Positions 19,165 to 30,240 of a DNA stretch of 64,000 bases are shown one piece after another. Position numbers and translations under genes: made by a program. Each line of letters opens with the position of its first letter. Positions within the stretch are counted from its first letter, which is position 1. The stretch comes from Acidiferrobacteraceae bacterium (GTDB lineage Bacteria > Pseudomonadota > Gammaproteobacteria > Arenicellales > UBA868): contig PBOB01000010.1 in the NCBI GenBank assembly GCA_002724185.1, positions 22,809 through 86,808 on the forward strand, in the 5' to 3' direction. The notes beneath the pieces are model-generated. The model searched no databases and was not told the DNA's origin. It saw only the letters and a list, made by a program, of their open reading frames with translations.

Positions 19165-19934
19165 TGAGTTGGTTGCCTCAAATAGGGAGAATTAGCATTG
19201 CAATAGTCCAACATTTGGGTGCCGCGGGTAAGTTTTTACCAAACGTATTGCCTGGCATTGTTGTTGTATATAAAAGACCCAAATTATTAATACAGCAGTT
19301 GTACTCTCTAGGGGTAATGACAGTACTTATTGTTGTTGTCGCTGGTTTATTTGTTGGAATGATGCTGGGATTCCAGGGATACCATACGTTGGTTGATTTT
19401 GGAGCGGAATCGTCATTAGGGCTGGCTGTAGCCTTGTTCTTGACGAAAGAACTTGGACCCGTATTGACAGCCCTATTGTTTGCAGGGCGTGCTGGATCAG
19501 CTATGACTGCAGAGATAGGTTTAATGCGAATGACCCAACAGCTAGATGCTATGAAGATGATGGGAGTAGACCCCATGATTCATATAGTAGCACCACGTTT
19601 TTTTGCTGTTATTTTCGCCATGCCATTGTTAGCAGCACTTTTCAGTGTAGTTGGTCTAGGTGGTGGCTACATAGTTGCTGCAGGGCTTCTGAACGTTGAT
19701 CCCGGAAGTTACTGGGCTGCTATGCAGATGGGAGTCGATGTGTATGAAGATGTCTGGGGTGGGATACTTAAAAGCGTAGTATTCGGATTTGTCGTATCTT
19801 GGATTTCAGCTTTTGAGGGATATTACGCTTTGCCAAGTGCAAATGGTATTAGTACGGCGACGACACGTGCTGTTGTTACCGCATCGCTATCTGTTCTTGG
19901 CTTTGATTATCTTCTAACCGCTATTATGTTTTGA
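19164..19934 (+). CDS. mlaE: Phospholipid ABC transporter permease MlaE
   Basis: 256 aa polytopic protein with a TKELGPVLTALLFAGRAGSA motif typical of MlaE. Confidence 0.9.
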   Translation: MSWLPQIGRISIAIVQHLGAAGKFLPNVLPGIVVVYKRPKLLIQQLYSLGVMTVLIVVVAGLFVGMMLGFQGYHTLVDFGAESSLGLAVALFLTKELGPVLTALLFAGRAGSAMTAEIGLMRMTQQLDAMKMMGVDPMIHIVAPRFFAVIFAMPLLAALFSVVGLGGGYIVAAGLLNVDPGSYWAAMQMGVDVYEDVWGGILKSVVFGFVVSWISAFEGYYALPSANGISTATTRAVVTASLSVLGFDYLLTAIMF

Positions 19935-19944
19935 GGGTAAGGTA

Positions 19945-20409
19945 ATGACACAAAAGGGAATAGAAACATCGGTTGGTATATTCATACTGCTTGGTTTGGT
20001 AGCGATTATTTGGCTAGTCCTAAAGGTTGGCAATTGGTCACCAAATTCCTCCAGCACTTATGAGGTGACGGCCTACTTTGATAACGTAGCTGGTCTGTCA
20101 GTCAAAGCCCCGGTAACTTTAGCTGGGGTCAAGATTGGCCATGTAGCATCTATTGGTATTGATTCAGAAGATTACAGCGCGAGAGTCGTACTTCACATTC
20201 TCGATAGTTATAACAATCTCCCAGTTGATAGTGGGGCAGCTATTTTGACATCGGGGCTGCTTGGCGCTCAGTATGTAGGAATAGATCCAGGCGCTGAAGA
20301 GACATATTTGGTTCATGGTGGTCAGATAGATATAACGCAATCTGCTATGGTTCTGGAAAATTTGATAGGCCAGATACTAATTCGTACAGCTGAGGGAACT
20401 AATCAGTGA
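19945..20409 (+). CDS. mlaD: MCE-domain protein MlaD
   Basis: 154 aa with an N-terminal anchor and an MCE core (YFDNVAGLSVKAPVTLAGVKIGHV). Confidence 0.85.
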   Translation: MTQKGIETSVGIFILLGLVAIIWLVLKVGNWSPNSSSTYEVTAYFDNVAGLSVKAPVTLAGVKIGHVASIGIDSEDYSARVVLHILDSYNNLPVDSGAAILTSGLLGAQYVGIDPGAEETYLVHGGQIDITQSAMVLENLIGQILIRTAEGTNQ

Positions 20410-21020
20410 ATCGCTATATAACTATTTCGGGCGCTTGCATATGTCTAGTTTTCGTGTCGCTTGCAGCACCACCCCCACCCCCGCCTAATCAACTCATAAA
20501 CGACGCAGTTAACCAGCTCATAGTAGAATTGAGTGAGCGAAGGGTTGAGCTTGAAAAAGATCGTTCAAAGCTTTATGGAATGGTCGAAAGGGTTATTGTT
20601 GAGCATATCTCAGTAGATAGGGTTGCAAAGCTAGTTTTAGCGAGGCATTGGCGAGATGCCTCGGCAAAACAGCAGAACCAATTCGCCGAGCTATTCAAGA
20701 ATCTTCTAATTCACACCTACGCTTCGGCATTTTTTGAATACACAGGACAGGAGAAAATACACATTCGACCAACAAAATTTTCTGATGATGGCCGAATAGC
20801 ATCCGTCCGGACTGACATGTGGTTAAGTAGTGGCCAGCCAATACCTGTAAATTACAAGTTTGTCAAATTAGAGACTGGCGAATGGAAAATTTTCGATGTA
20901 ACGATTAATGGTATTAGCTTGGTAACTACCTACCGAGCTGGTTATGGAAGAATAATTCAAACTCAAGGCCTAGATGGGCTAATTATAAGATTAAGGCACA
21001 AGATGGCTGAATTACAATGA
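20406..21020 (+). CDS. mlaC: Periplasmic phospholipid-binding protein MlaC
   Basis: 204 aa Tgt2/MlaC-like protein with a signal peptide. Operon position supports the call. Its start overlaps the mlaD stop. Confidence 0.78.
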   Translation: MNRYITISGACICLVFVSLAAPPPPPPNQLINDAVNQLIVELSERRVELEKDRSKLYGMVERVIVEHISVDRVAKLVLARHWRDASAKQQNQFAELFKNLLIHTYASAFFEYTGQEKIHIRPTKFSDDGRIASVRTDMWLSSGQPIPVNYKFVKLETGEWKIFDVTINGISLVTTYRAGYGRIIQTQGLDGLIIRLRHKMAELQ

Positions 21021-21325
21021 AGGAGTTGATAACCTTCGACGTATCTTCATGTGGGGTGGGCGAAGAGCTCACATTTGCTAATGTGGCTGAACTGGCCAAT
21101 AGAGGACTTGATTTTAGTTCGAAAGACATCGTTGAAATTAACCTAAAAACTGTTTCTCACGTCGATAGTGCAGGTCTTGCATTACTTGTGGAATGGATGA
21201 AGCAGGCGAATAGAGATGGTTTCAAACTTCAATACACTGGAATGTCAGAGCGATTGGCGCGTCTTGTGCATATCGCGGGACTTGAATTCATGGTCGCTGA
21301 CTCACATGAGCAGCATCTGCCATAG
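21017..21325 (+). CDS. mlaB: STAS-domain protein MlaB
   Basis: 102 aa with an STAS-like segment VSHVDSAGLALLVEW, in the operon position after mlaC. Confidence 0.7.
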   Translation: MKELITFDVSSCGVGEELTFANVAELANRGLDFSSKDIVEINLKTVSHVDSAGLALLVEWMKQANRDGFKLQYTGMSERLARLVHIAGLEFMVADSHEQHLP

Positions 21326-21426
21326 TATTTTCTATAGATGTAGTATTTATATGAGCCAATGGTATGGCCTCCAACGGCAACCTGGATTTATAATTTGTCG
21401 TTATCGATAGCTTTAGGTAACTAATT

Positions 21427-21678
21427 ATGGTCACGCCTGAAAATATTAAAGAGTGGATAGAGAAAAATCTTGCTGAATCTGAGGTGAAAGTTTCCGGTGA
21501 TGGACGGCATTTCGATGCTGTTATTGTTTGTGCAGAATTTTCCGGAAAAAGTCGTTTACAGCAACATCAAATGGTTTATGCAGCGCTCGGTGACAAGATG
21601 AAAGATGATATTCATGCGCTTTCTATGCAAACGATGGCGCCTGAGGATCGAGTAGAAGAGTTGGAAGTTAACAAGTAA
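21427..21678 (+). CDS. ibaG: BolA-family protein (IbaG-like)
   Basis: 83 aa with a BolA-like segment (GDGRHFDAVIV...F.GKSRLQQHQMVY), in the conserved position between mlaB and murA. Confidence 0.78.
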   Translation: MVTPENIKEWIEKNLAESEVKVSGDGRHFDAVIVCAEFSGKSRLQQHQMVYAALGDKMKDDIHALSMQTMAPEDRVEELEVNK

Positions 21679-21694
21679 ACAAACGGGAGGGCTT

Positions 21695-22009
21695 ATGGAT
21701 ATAAGTGATCGAATCAGTCAGGTGATTGCAGAAAACTCAGTAATGTTGTTTATGAAGGGTTCGCCTGATTTTCCACAGTGTGGATTTTCCGGCCGTGCCG
21801 TGCAGATTCTGGAAGCCTGCGGTGTTGAATTTAGTTCTGCAGACGTACTCATGGACCAGGAGCTACGCGAGGGTATAAAGGAGTATTCAAATTGGCCAAC
21901 CATTCCCCAGCTATATATTAAAGGAGAATTGATTGGTGGAAGCGACATAATGATGGAAATGTATCAGAATGGTGAACTGAAACAAAAACTTGATGCGATG
22001 AAAGATTAG
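21695..22009 (+). CDS. grxD: Monothiol glutaredoxin (Grx4 family)
   Basis: 104 aa with the CGFS active site (PQCGFSGRAV) and WPTIPQLYI. Confidence 0.92.
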   Translation: MDISDRISQVIAENSVMLFMKGSPDFPQCGFSGRAVQILEACGVEFSSADVLMDQELREGIKEYSNWPTIPQLYIKGELIGGSDIMMEMYQNGELKQKLDAMKD

Positions 22010-22163
22010 ATGTGATGCGTCGGCTAGTAGAACAATTCAAAATTAATCGCAATATTGTTTGGAAGCTTTAGGTTTCGTTGGACGCCTCTTTTGCCTCAAT
22101 ATTCTAATCTTCGTTATCCAAGATTTTCTGGGTATATTCGCACAAACTTTGTTTGCGCCCTAG

Positions 22164-23462
<1,299 letters not shown>

Positions 23463-23475
23463 TTTCCTTGCGTTT

Positions 23476-24771
23476 ATGCTTAGACGACTAGATTCAAGAG
23501 CGACCGATTTTGATGCTGAACTAGCTGCTGTTTTATCGCGGCAAGTTCGTATTAATCATGATGTACGAGATACAGTAGTACAAATTGTTGAAGATGTTCG
23601 GACCAACGGTGATGAAGCTCTTCTAAGATATACAGCCTTATTCGATGATTTCGTTGTTGCAGATGCTGCTATGCTCGAAATTTCTTCTAGCGATCGAGAA
23701 GTAGCACTGTCAGAGCTTCCATCCTCTTTGCGTCAACCCTTAGAGACTGCGGCAGTTCGAATTGAGGAATTTCATAGACATCAAAAACTGTCATCTTGGG
23801 ACTACGACGATGGCCAAGGATCTCGTTTAGGACAACAAGTAACACCAATAGAGAAAGTTGGTATATACGTTCCAGGGGGCAAAGCGGCTTACCCGTCCTC
23901 GGTATTAATGAGTGCAATTCCAGCTAAAATCGCTGGAGTGAAAGAGATTGTCATGGTTGCCCCATCTCCTAATGGAGTAGTTAATAGAATTGTATTGGCT
24001 GCCTCACATCTCGCTGGTGTTGATCGCGTTTTTTCTATTGGTGGTGCGCAAGCGGTAGCCGCATTGGGATTCGGGACTGCAACTATTCCTCGAGTAGATA
24101 AGATTGTAGGTCCAGGCAACGCTTACGTTACTTCAGCAAAACAGATATTGTTTGGTGAGGTTGGCATTGATATGGTCGCAGGACCCTCCGAAGTTGTTAT
24201 TATTGCGGACTCTGGATCCAATCCAGAGTGGCTAGCTATGGATCTTTTTGCGCAGGCAGAGCATGATGAAAACGCTCAGTCAATCTTATTATCGCCAGAT
24301 CATGATCTACTAGATAAGGTAATCTGTTCGATGCATGATTTGTTACCTAAAATGAATCGCAAAGAGATCATCGAGTCGTCACTAGTTAAGAATGGCGCAA
24401 TGATCCAAGTTGGGTCCCTCGAATCAGCAGTTGATATAGCAAACCAGATTGCACCCGAGCATCTCCAATTGATGGTACGTGATCCCACATTGCTTTTAGA
24501 TAAAGTGAGAAACGCGGGAGCTATATTCTGTGGTTATTCTACCGCGGAGGTTTTCGGAGATTACTGTGCGGGGCCTAACCATGTCTTACCGACAGCGGGA
24601 ACGGCACGCTTTGCCTCGCCCCTAGGGGTGTATGATTTCCAGAAACGGTCTAGTGTTATATGGTGTTCCACTAGTGGCGCATCATTTCTCCAAGAAACAG
24701 CATCAGTACTAGCTGAATGTGAAGGACTACTTGCGCATGCCAGCTCCGCAATGTACCGAAGAACTGATTGA
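23476..24771 (+). CDS. hisD: Histidinol dehydrogenase
   Basis: ORF 23365..24771. A realistic ATG at 23476 lies 13 nt after the murA stop. Segments YVPGGKAAYPSSVLM, AGPSEV and QAEHDE. Confidence 0.95.
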   Translation: MLRRLDSRATDFDAELAAVLSRQVRINHDVRDTVVQIVEDVRTNGDEALLRYTALFDDFVVADAAMLEISSSDREVALSELPSSLRQPLETAAVRIEEFHRHQKLSSWDYDDGQGSRLGQQVTPIEKVGIYVPGGKAAYPSSVLMSAIPAKIAGVKEIVMVAPSPNGVVNRIVLAASHLAGVDRVFSIGGAQAVAALGFGTATIPRVDKIVGPGNAYVTSAKQILFGEVGIDMVAGPSEVVIIADSGSNPEWLAMDLFAQAEHDENAQSILLSPDHDLLDKVICSMHDLLPKMNRKEIIESSLVKNGAMIQVGSLESAVDIANQIAPEHLQLMVRDPTLLLDKVRNAGAIFCGYSTAEVFGDYCAGPNHVLPTAGTARFASPLGVYDFQKRSSVIWCSTSGASFLQETASVLAECEGLLAHASSAMYRRTD

Positions 24772-25865
24772 TAGGGGTGGCATTTGTGTCTACGAATAAG
24801 GTTCACCAAAGAGTCCGTTCAGGACTACTAAATCGGTTAGCTTATGTTTCCCCCTCTGCAGGCTATGGCGTAAAGCTAGATGCAATGGAGAGCCCATATG
24901 AGTGGCCAGGAGATATCCAGGAGAAGTGGCTTCTCGCTCTTAAGGACATTCACCTAAATCGTTATCCCAACGGATCTGCGGTTGATCTATGTGCAGCTAT
25001 CCGTCAATGGGCAGGTATTGATGAATCGCTGGGTTTAGTTTTAGGAAATGGTTCCGATGAGCTGATCCAAATGATCGCCATGACAGTATGTAGTTGTGAG
25101 CGGCCACTTTTGTCAACGGAACCAACATTTAGCATGTATCGAATAATCTCCGAGTCAGTAGGTAGTAAATATATTGATGTACCGCTCACAGAGGATTTTG
25201 ATATTGATCTAAATGCTTTGCTAGCAGCAATTGACAAGCATGATCCCGGTTGTATCTTTTTTGCCTACCCGAACAATCCAACTGGAAATTTATTCGATCC
25301 TAAAAAAATACAGGCTGTAACAGAAGCAATGAATGGTCTTGTTATTATAGACGAGGCGTACTTCTCTTATTCTCGAGAAACATTCATGCCATATATGCAC
25401 ACAGTGGATAATGTTGCTGTACTTCGGACTTTTTCTAAGTTTGGTCTAGCGGGTTTGCGCTTAGGGTTTCTAGTAGGACCTAAATCTTGGCTCAGGGAAA
25501 TTGACAAAGTACGTCTACCTTACAACATAAGTACACTCACCCAAGTAACTGGACAATTCGCGTTGTCATGTTCTGAATGGTTTGAATCGAAGGTACGAGA
25601 TATTTGTTTCGAGCGAGAACGATTCGAAGCGGAGGTGAGAAAATTTCCACAACTAATTGTATATCCTAGCGCAGCAAATTTCTTTTTGATTCGTTTTGAA
25701 GTGCGAGATATGGATGTAGTTGTAGATAAGCTGCTGGACGGCAATATAATGGTAAAGAATCTAGACAATCAACACGAGAAGCTCCGAGGCTGCATTCGTG
25801 TGACTGTTGGTACACCGGATGAGAATGATCAATTTCTTCAGGTTTTGCGCAAAGCTCTTGACTGA
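24768..25865 (+). CDS. hisC: Histidinol-phosphate aminotransferase
   Basis: 365 aa. Segments YPNNPTGN, IIDEAY and TFSKFGLAGLRLG (PLP lysine). The start is uncertain: TTG 24768, GTG 24777 or GTG 24786. Confidence 0.9.
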   Translation: MIGVAFVSTNKVHQRVRSGLLNRLAYVSPSAGYGVKLDAMESPYEWPGDIQEKWLLALKDIHLNRYPNGSAVDLCAAIRQWAGIDESLGLVLGNGSDELIQMIAMTVCSCERPLLSTEPTFSMYRIISESVGSKYIDVPLTEDFDIDLNALLAAIDKHDPGCIFFAYPNNPTGNLFDPKKIQAVTEAMNGLVIIDEAYFSYSRETFMPYMHTVDNVAVLRTFSKFGLAGLRLGFLVGPKSWLREIDKVRLPYNISTLTQVTGQFALSCSEWFESKVRDICFERERFEAEVRKFPQLIVYPSAANFFLIRFEVRDMDVVVDKLLDGNIMVKNLDNQHEKLRGCIRVTVGTPDENDQFLQVLRKALD

Positions 25866-25961
25866 AAAAAGAACTCATTCCCTGGTGCTGCACTGTTTGT
25901 TAGACTTAAACACTTGCTTAACAAATCGAAGTAATGTTACTAAGTCACAAGTGGAGCGATT

Positions 25962-26555
25962 ATGAGTCAAAGGTTCGCTGAAATTTCTCGGAAAACGAAC
26001 GAGACAGAGATTCATGTTTCTATAGGCCTCGATGGGATAGGTAGCGCCAAGCTGGATTGTAATATGCCATTTTTCGAGCATATGCTTGAACAGGTAGCTC
26101 GGCATGGATTGATTGATCTTACACTGCATGCTCAAGGCGATCTTGAAATTGACGCTCATCATACGGTAGAAGATATTGGTATCGCTATTGGTCAAGCCTG
26201 TAACAATGCTTTGGGTGCACGTAAAGGTATCGAGCGCTATGGCCACGCTTATGTACCATTGGATGAGGCTTTAAGTCGTGTCGTACTTGATTTCTCAGGT
26301 CGTCCCACTCTGGAATTTCATGTTAATTGGCCCCGGGCTCGCATTGGCGAGTTTGATGTGGATTTGGTTCATGAATTTTTCCAGGGCTTTTGTAATCATG
26401 CTGGCGCTACGGTACATGTAGATACTCTGAGAGGATTAAATGCTCACCATGTTTCCGAAACAATCTTTAAGGCTTTTGGGCGTGCATTGAGACAGGCTGT
26501 TATGATTAACCCCAGGATTGGTGATACTGTACCATCCACGAAGGGGTTATTGTAG
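25962..26555 (+). CDS. hisB: Imidazoleglycerol-phosphate dehydratase (monofunctional)
   Basis: 197 aa. Segments [18 protein letters not shown] and [18 protein letters not shown]. Confidence 0.95.
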   Translation: MSQRFAEISRKTNETEIHVSIGLDGIGSAKLDCNMPFFEHMLEQVARHGLIDLTLHAQGDLEIDAHHTVEDIGIAIGQACNNALGARKGIERYGHAYVPLDEALSRVVLDFSGRPTLEFHVNWPRARIGEFDVDLVHEFFQGFCNHAGATVHVDTLRGLNAHHVSETIFKAFGRALRQAVMINPRIGDTVPSTKGLL

Positions 26556-26564
26556 GAAATACTC

Positions 26565-27206
26565 GTGTCCCACATCGCTGTAGTTGATCTTGGTACTGGT
26601 AATCTTCACTCTGTTGGCAAAGCTCTTCAAAAGGTGACAGCCAAACAGAGAATTGTGATTACAAGTGATCCCAATGTAATTACCTCAGCAAGCCATGTAG
26701 TGCTACCCGGACAAGGCGCGATGGGAAGCTGGTTTCGAGCACTTGATGAGCACGATCTTCGAGCCGCTGTAGTGAATGCTTTGTCCACGTGTCCAGTACT
26801 CGGAATCTGTTTAGGTTTGCAAGCTTTGTATTCGCACAGCGATGAGGATGGCGGCACCACTGGGCTAGGAATCATGTCTGGAAATGTTAGGAAATTTCCT
26901 ATTAACCAAAGATTAAATAACGAATTACTGAAAGTTCCTCATATGGGTTGGAATAGAGTACAACAATGTTTCTCGCATCCGCTATGGACCGGGATTGAGG
27001 ATGGCATTAGATTCTATTTCGTTCATAGCTACTACGCTTATAGTGATATGGTTTCAGAAATCGCCGCTTTAACGAATTATGGATTGTCGTTTGTATCTGC
27101 GGCAGCGCACTCAAATGTCTTTGCGGTGCAATTCCACCCGGAGAAAAGCCACGAGCAAGGCCTAATGCTTCTCCATAATTTCGTTTGTTGGAACGGCGAG
27201 AGCTAA
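26565..27206 (+). CDS. hisH: Imidazole glycerol phosphate synthase, glutamine amidotransferase subunit
   Basis: 213 aa with a GTG start. Segments GTGNLHSV, the nucleophile context GICLGLQ, and QFHPEKS. Confidence 0.93.
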   Translation: MSHIAVVDLGTGNLHSVGKALQKVTAKQRIVITSDPNVITSASHVVLPGQGAMGSWFRALDEHDLRAAVVNALSTCPVLGICLGLQALYSHSDEDGGTTGLGIMSGNVRKFPINQRLNNELLKVPHMGWNRVQQCFSHPLWTGIEDGIRFYFVHSYYAYSDMVSEIAALTNYGLSFVSAAAHSNVFAVQFHPEKSHEQGLMLLHNFVCWNGES

Positions 27207-27223
27207 ATTGATAAGAGATTAAA

Positions 27224-27982
27224 ATGATTTTGATACCCGCTATTGATATTAAGTCCGGCCGATGTGTGCGTTTGCGGCAGGGGAAAATGGATGAGGAGAC
27301 CGTATTTGGGGATGATCCTCTCGCCATCGCGGAGCGTTGGATTGAGCAAGGCGCGGAGCGTTTGCATATTGTAGATCTTGATGGAGCTATTGAGGGGCGA
27401 CCAATAAACGCCAAAATTATTCGTGATATTGCTGGTAGTTTTCCAAATATTCCAATCCAAGTAGGTGGTGGCATACGAAGTAAGAATGTAGTTGAGGCCT
27501 ATTTGAATGCCGGGGTCCAATTTGTTGTTATAGGTACTCGAGCTGTTAATGAGCCAAGTTTTGTTAGTGATCTGTGTTCAGAGTTTTTAGGTCACATAAT
27601 TGTTGGTCTTGACGCACGTGAAGGTAAAATTGCAACTGATGGGTGGTCGAGCTTATCTAGCCATAACGTTGTTGATACGGCTTTGAAATTTGAGAGAGAT
27701 GGTGTAGTTGCAATTATCTATACAGATATTGAGCGTGATGGAATGTTATCTGGACTAAATGTAGAGGGTACGGCGTATTTAGCCGATTCGCTCCAGACTC
27801 CGGTCATTGCGTCAGGTGGCATCCGTGACCTTGCCGATATAGCTAGTCTTCTCAAGATCGCAGACTCTGGTGTTTATGCTGCTATAACCGGTCGAGCGAT
27901 TTATGAGGGAACTCTAGACTTTTCCGAAGCAAATAAGCTTGTATCTTCTAAACAACAATTGATCAGTAATGGCTCTTGCTAA
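27224..27982 (+). CDS. hisA: ProFAR isomerase
   Basis: 252 aa. N-terminus [16 protein letters not shown], then VQVGGGIRS and ASGGIRD. Confidence 0.95.
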   Translation: MILIPAIDIKSGRCVRLRQGKMDEETVFGDDPLAIAERWIEQGAERLHIVDLDGAIEGRPINAKIIRDIAGSFPNIPIQVGGGIRSKNVVEAYLNAGVQFVVIGTRAVNEPSFVSDLCSEFLGHIIVGLDAREGKIATDGWSSLSSHNVVDTALKFERDGVVAIIYTDIERDGMLSGLNVEGTAYLADSLQTPVIASGGIRDLADIASLLKIADSGVYAAITGRAIYEGTLDFSEANKLVSSKQQLISNGSC

Positions 27983-28727
27983 ACGAATAATCCCATGTCT
28001 CGATGTTGACGGTGGCAGGGTTGTCAAAGGAGTGCAATTTGTTGGCATAGTAGATGCAGGTGATCCGGTCGAAGTTGCAAAACGTTACGACCAACAAAAG
28101 GCAGATGAACTGACATTTCTCGATATTACCGCTAGCTCCGATGCTCGTAAAATTATGGTCGATGTAGTAAAAGCTGTTGCCGGTGAGGTTTTTATTCCTT
28201 TGACAGTAGGTGGGGGTATAAGGGATATGCAAGATATTCACCAGATGCTGCATGCTGGTGCTGATAAGGTTTCAATTAACACAGCGGCTGTTGATAATCC
28301 TTATCTCGTGACTGAAGCTAGCATGTATTTTGGTTCACAGTGTATTGTTGTCGCAATGGATGCAAAAAAAAATGGCTCTTCGTGGGAGATATATACGCAT
28401 GGAGGGCGCAATCCAACTGGTATCGATGCGGTCAGTTGGGCTCAGAAAATGGTAGATGCAGGGGCAGGTGAGATTCTTCTTACAAGCATGGATCGAGATG
28501 GCACTAGAGATGGTTTTGATATCGAATTAACTAGTGCAGTATCAGATGCTGTATCAATTCCGGTCATTGCTTCAGGTGGTGTTGGTAAGTTGGAGCATCT
28601 TGTTTCTGGTATTGTTGAGGGTGGGGCTAGTGCTGTTCTAGCAGCCAGCATTTTCCATTTTGGCGAATTTACGATAGAACAAGCAAAACAGTATATGGAA
28701 ACTCGTGGAATAGAGGTCAATTTATGA
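27969..28727 (+). CDS. hisF: Imidazole glycerol phosphate synthase, cyclase subunit
   Basis: 252 aa. Segment [17 protein letters not shown] (with the catalytic Asp), then TVGGGIR and ASGGVG. It overlaps hisA by 14 nt. Confidence 0.97.
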   Translation: MALAKRIIPCLDVDGGRVVKGVQFVGIVDAGDPVEVAKRYDQQKADELTFLDITASSDARKIMVDVVKAVAGEVFIPLTVGGGIRDMQDIHQMLHAGADKVSINTAAVDNPYLVTEASMYFGSQCIVVAMDAKKNGSSWEIYTHGGRNPTGIDAVSWAQKMVDAGAGEILLTSMDRDGTRDGFDIELTSAVSDAVSIPVIASGGVGKLEHLVSGIVEGGASAVLAASIFHFGEFTIEQAKQYMETRGIEVNL

Positions 28728-29116
28728 ATAATGTTGAAGAATGGTTGAGTCAAGTTGTTTGGACCAAAGAGGGCTTAGTACCGGCCATTGCACAGGATTT
28801 CCAATCAGGCCGTGTAATGATGATGGCATGGATGAATCGAGAAGCTTTGACAGCTACCGCCATAAACGGGAAGGCAGTTTATTGGTCTCGTTCGCGTGAG
28901 CGGCTGTGGGTGAAAGGAGAGACGTCAGGGCATGAACAGATAGTCAAAGAAATTCGACTAGATTGTGATTACGACACAGTGTTGTTGTTAATTGAGCAGA
29001 GGGGTGGCATCGCGTGTCATACAGGTAGAGAGAGCTGTTTCTTTAATGTTCTCAAGGACGGAGAATGGAGCTCACTAGATCCGGTAATTAAGGCTCCTGA
29101 GGAGATCTATAACTAG
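28724..29116 (+). CDS. hisI: Phosphoribosyl-AMP cyclohydrolase (monofunctional, no HisE domain)
   Basis: 130 aa. Segments [34 protein letters not shown] and DCDYDTVLL...CHTG. Confidence 0.93.
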   Translation: MNNVEEWLSQVVWTKEGLVPAIAQDFQSGRVMMMAWMNREALTATAINGKAVYWSRSRERLWVKGETSGHEQIVKEIRLDCDYDTVLLLIEQRGGIACHTGRESCFFNVLKDGEWSSLDPVIKAPEEIYN

Positions 29117-29511
29117 ATGGACAAGAACAGATTCACAACGTTGTGCCTAATGAGCCTCGCCCTGCGTAAAACTAATCTCATATTTCATAGATTATTTGGA
29201 TTTTAGTAGGCAATCACTTCTTTTATTTGGTAGCGATGAGATCCTGGTATATCAGTTAGAATAGTCATTTGTTAAGGTAGCTGGCGCTTATAGTTTGCTT
29301 ATCAACTGATTTGTGAGGCTTAAATAGAAATAAATCCTCTGGAAACAGTGTACTTTATCGTTATATTAGAGAAAAAGGGTATTATTCAACTGTGATCTAA
29401 TTGTTTCCATTAAGTAGTTTTTATGGAGGTCACAGCTGTGAGAAGATACTAGTAGAAGCATATTGTTTAGAGATGGTTTAACAATACTTATATAAGGCAG
29501 GAGGTATTCTT

Positions 29512-29766
29512 ATGGGATTTGGTGGAATTAGCATATGGCAGCTGCTAATAATCTTAGTGATCGTAGTTATGGTTTTTGGCACTAAGAAGTTACGCAATAT
29601 GGGTGGAGACCTTGGGACAGCGATCAAAGGGTTCAAGAAATCTGTTAAGGAGGAACCGGCAAGCACCAATAAGATTGAGGATACGTCTGCCGATGAAACT
29701 GAAGAAGGCGTTTCTTCCGATACGGCAGACTCCAAGGATTCTGATAAGCCGTCTGACAGTAACTAG
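29512..29766 (+). CDS. tatA: Twin-arginine translocase subunit TatA
   Basis: 84 aa with N-terminus [32 protein letters not shown] Shine-Dalgarno sequence AGGAGG lies upstream. Confidence 0.9.
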   Translation: MGFGGISIWQLLIILVIVVMVFGTKKLRNMGGDLGTAIKGFKKSVKEEPASTNKIEDTSADETEEGVSSDTADSKDSDKPSDSN

Positions 29767-29782
29767 ATGTTGCTAGGAGTGA

Positions 29783-30232
29783 GTGATGTTTGACGTTGGC
29801 TTTTGGGAAGTCGCGATTATTGCGCTCATTGCGCTTCTTGTTATTGGGCCCGATAGATTACCAAAGGCAGCTAGAACAGCTGGCCTATGGGTAGGTAGGG
29901 CGCGACGGATGGTTGCACAGGTCAAGTCAGACATCGATCGAGAAGTGCGAGAGAGTGAATTAGCTGAATTGAGAGAGATTGAAAATATCACCGACGAGAT
30001 CAAAAAGACAAAAAACGCGATGGAGTCAGCTGGGGGTGACTTGATCAAGGAATCTGGTGTAGATGAAATCAAGCAGACAGGGGAAGAATTAAAGTCCGCT
30101 AAGCAAAAGATGGAATCACTCCAGGAAGAAATTCTTGCTCCAGGGGATGAAGTTAATATGAAGCCTTCATCTCCGATTGCCGAGCCGGATTTAAGTTCGT
30201 CGAAATCAATTTTGAAGGACACAAAGGTATAG
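29783..30232 (+). CDS. tatB: Twin-arginine translocase subunit TatB
   Basis: 149 aa with N-terminus MFDVGFWEVAIIALIALLVIGPDRLPKAAR. Confidence 0.88.
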   Translation: MMFDVGFWEVAIIALIALLVIGPDRLPKAARTAGLWVGRARRMVAQVKSDIDREVRESELAELREIENITDEIKKTKNAMESAGGDLIKESGVDEIKQTGEELKSAKQKMESLQEEILAPGDEVNMKPSSPIAEPDLSSSKSILKDTKV

Positions 30233-30240
30233 GGAGGCTA

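Noticed and set aside
19178-19576. A 132-aa minus-strand ORF inside mlaE.
   Set aside because: It is antisense to a conserved MlaE permease and has no motif.
21695-22009. grxD inserted between ibaG and murA, considered as an unusual operon member.
   Set aside because: BolA-family proteins and monothiol glutaredoxins are known physical partners, so adjacency of ibaG/BolA and grxD is unsurprising. It is not worth a finding.
25875-26246. A 123-aa minus-strand ORF spanning the hisC-hisB intergenic region and the hisB start.
   Set aside because: It overlaps hisB (RKTNETEI start region) in antisense and has no motif support.
27007-27520. Antisense ORFs of 155 aa and 105 aa across the hisH/hisA junction.
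   Set aside because: They lie opposite strongly supported hisH and hisA coding sequence and have no recognisable domains.
29117-29206. A 29-codon ORF (MDKNRF...) immediately after hisI, considered as a possible hisE remnant.
   Set aside because: The similarity to the HisE N-terminus is too weak to claim by eye. It is retained only as part of the gap finding.
29773-30222. A 149-aa ORF on the minus strand that mirrors tatB almost exactly (same length, fully antisense).
   Set aside because: The plus-strand product has the unmistakable TatB N-terminus (MFDVGFWEV...GPDRLPKAAR). The antisense product is low-complexity and Ser-rich with no motif. It is most likely a by-product of the Glu/Lys-rich codon content of tatB.
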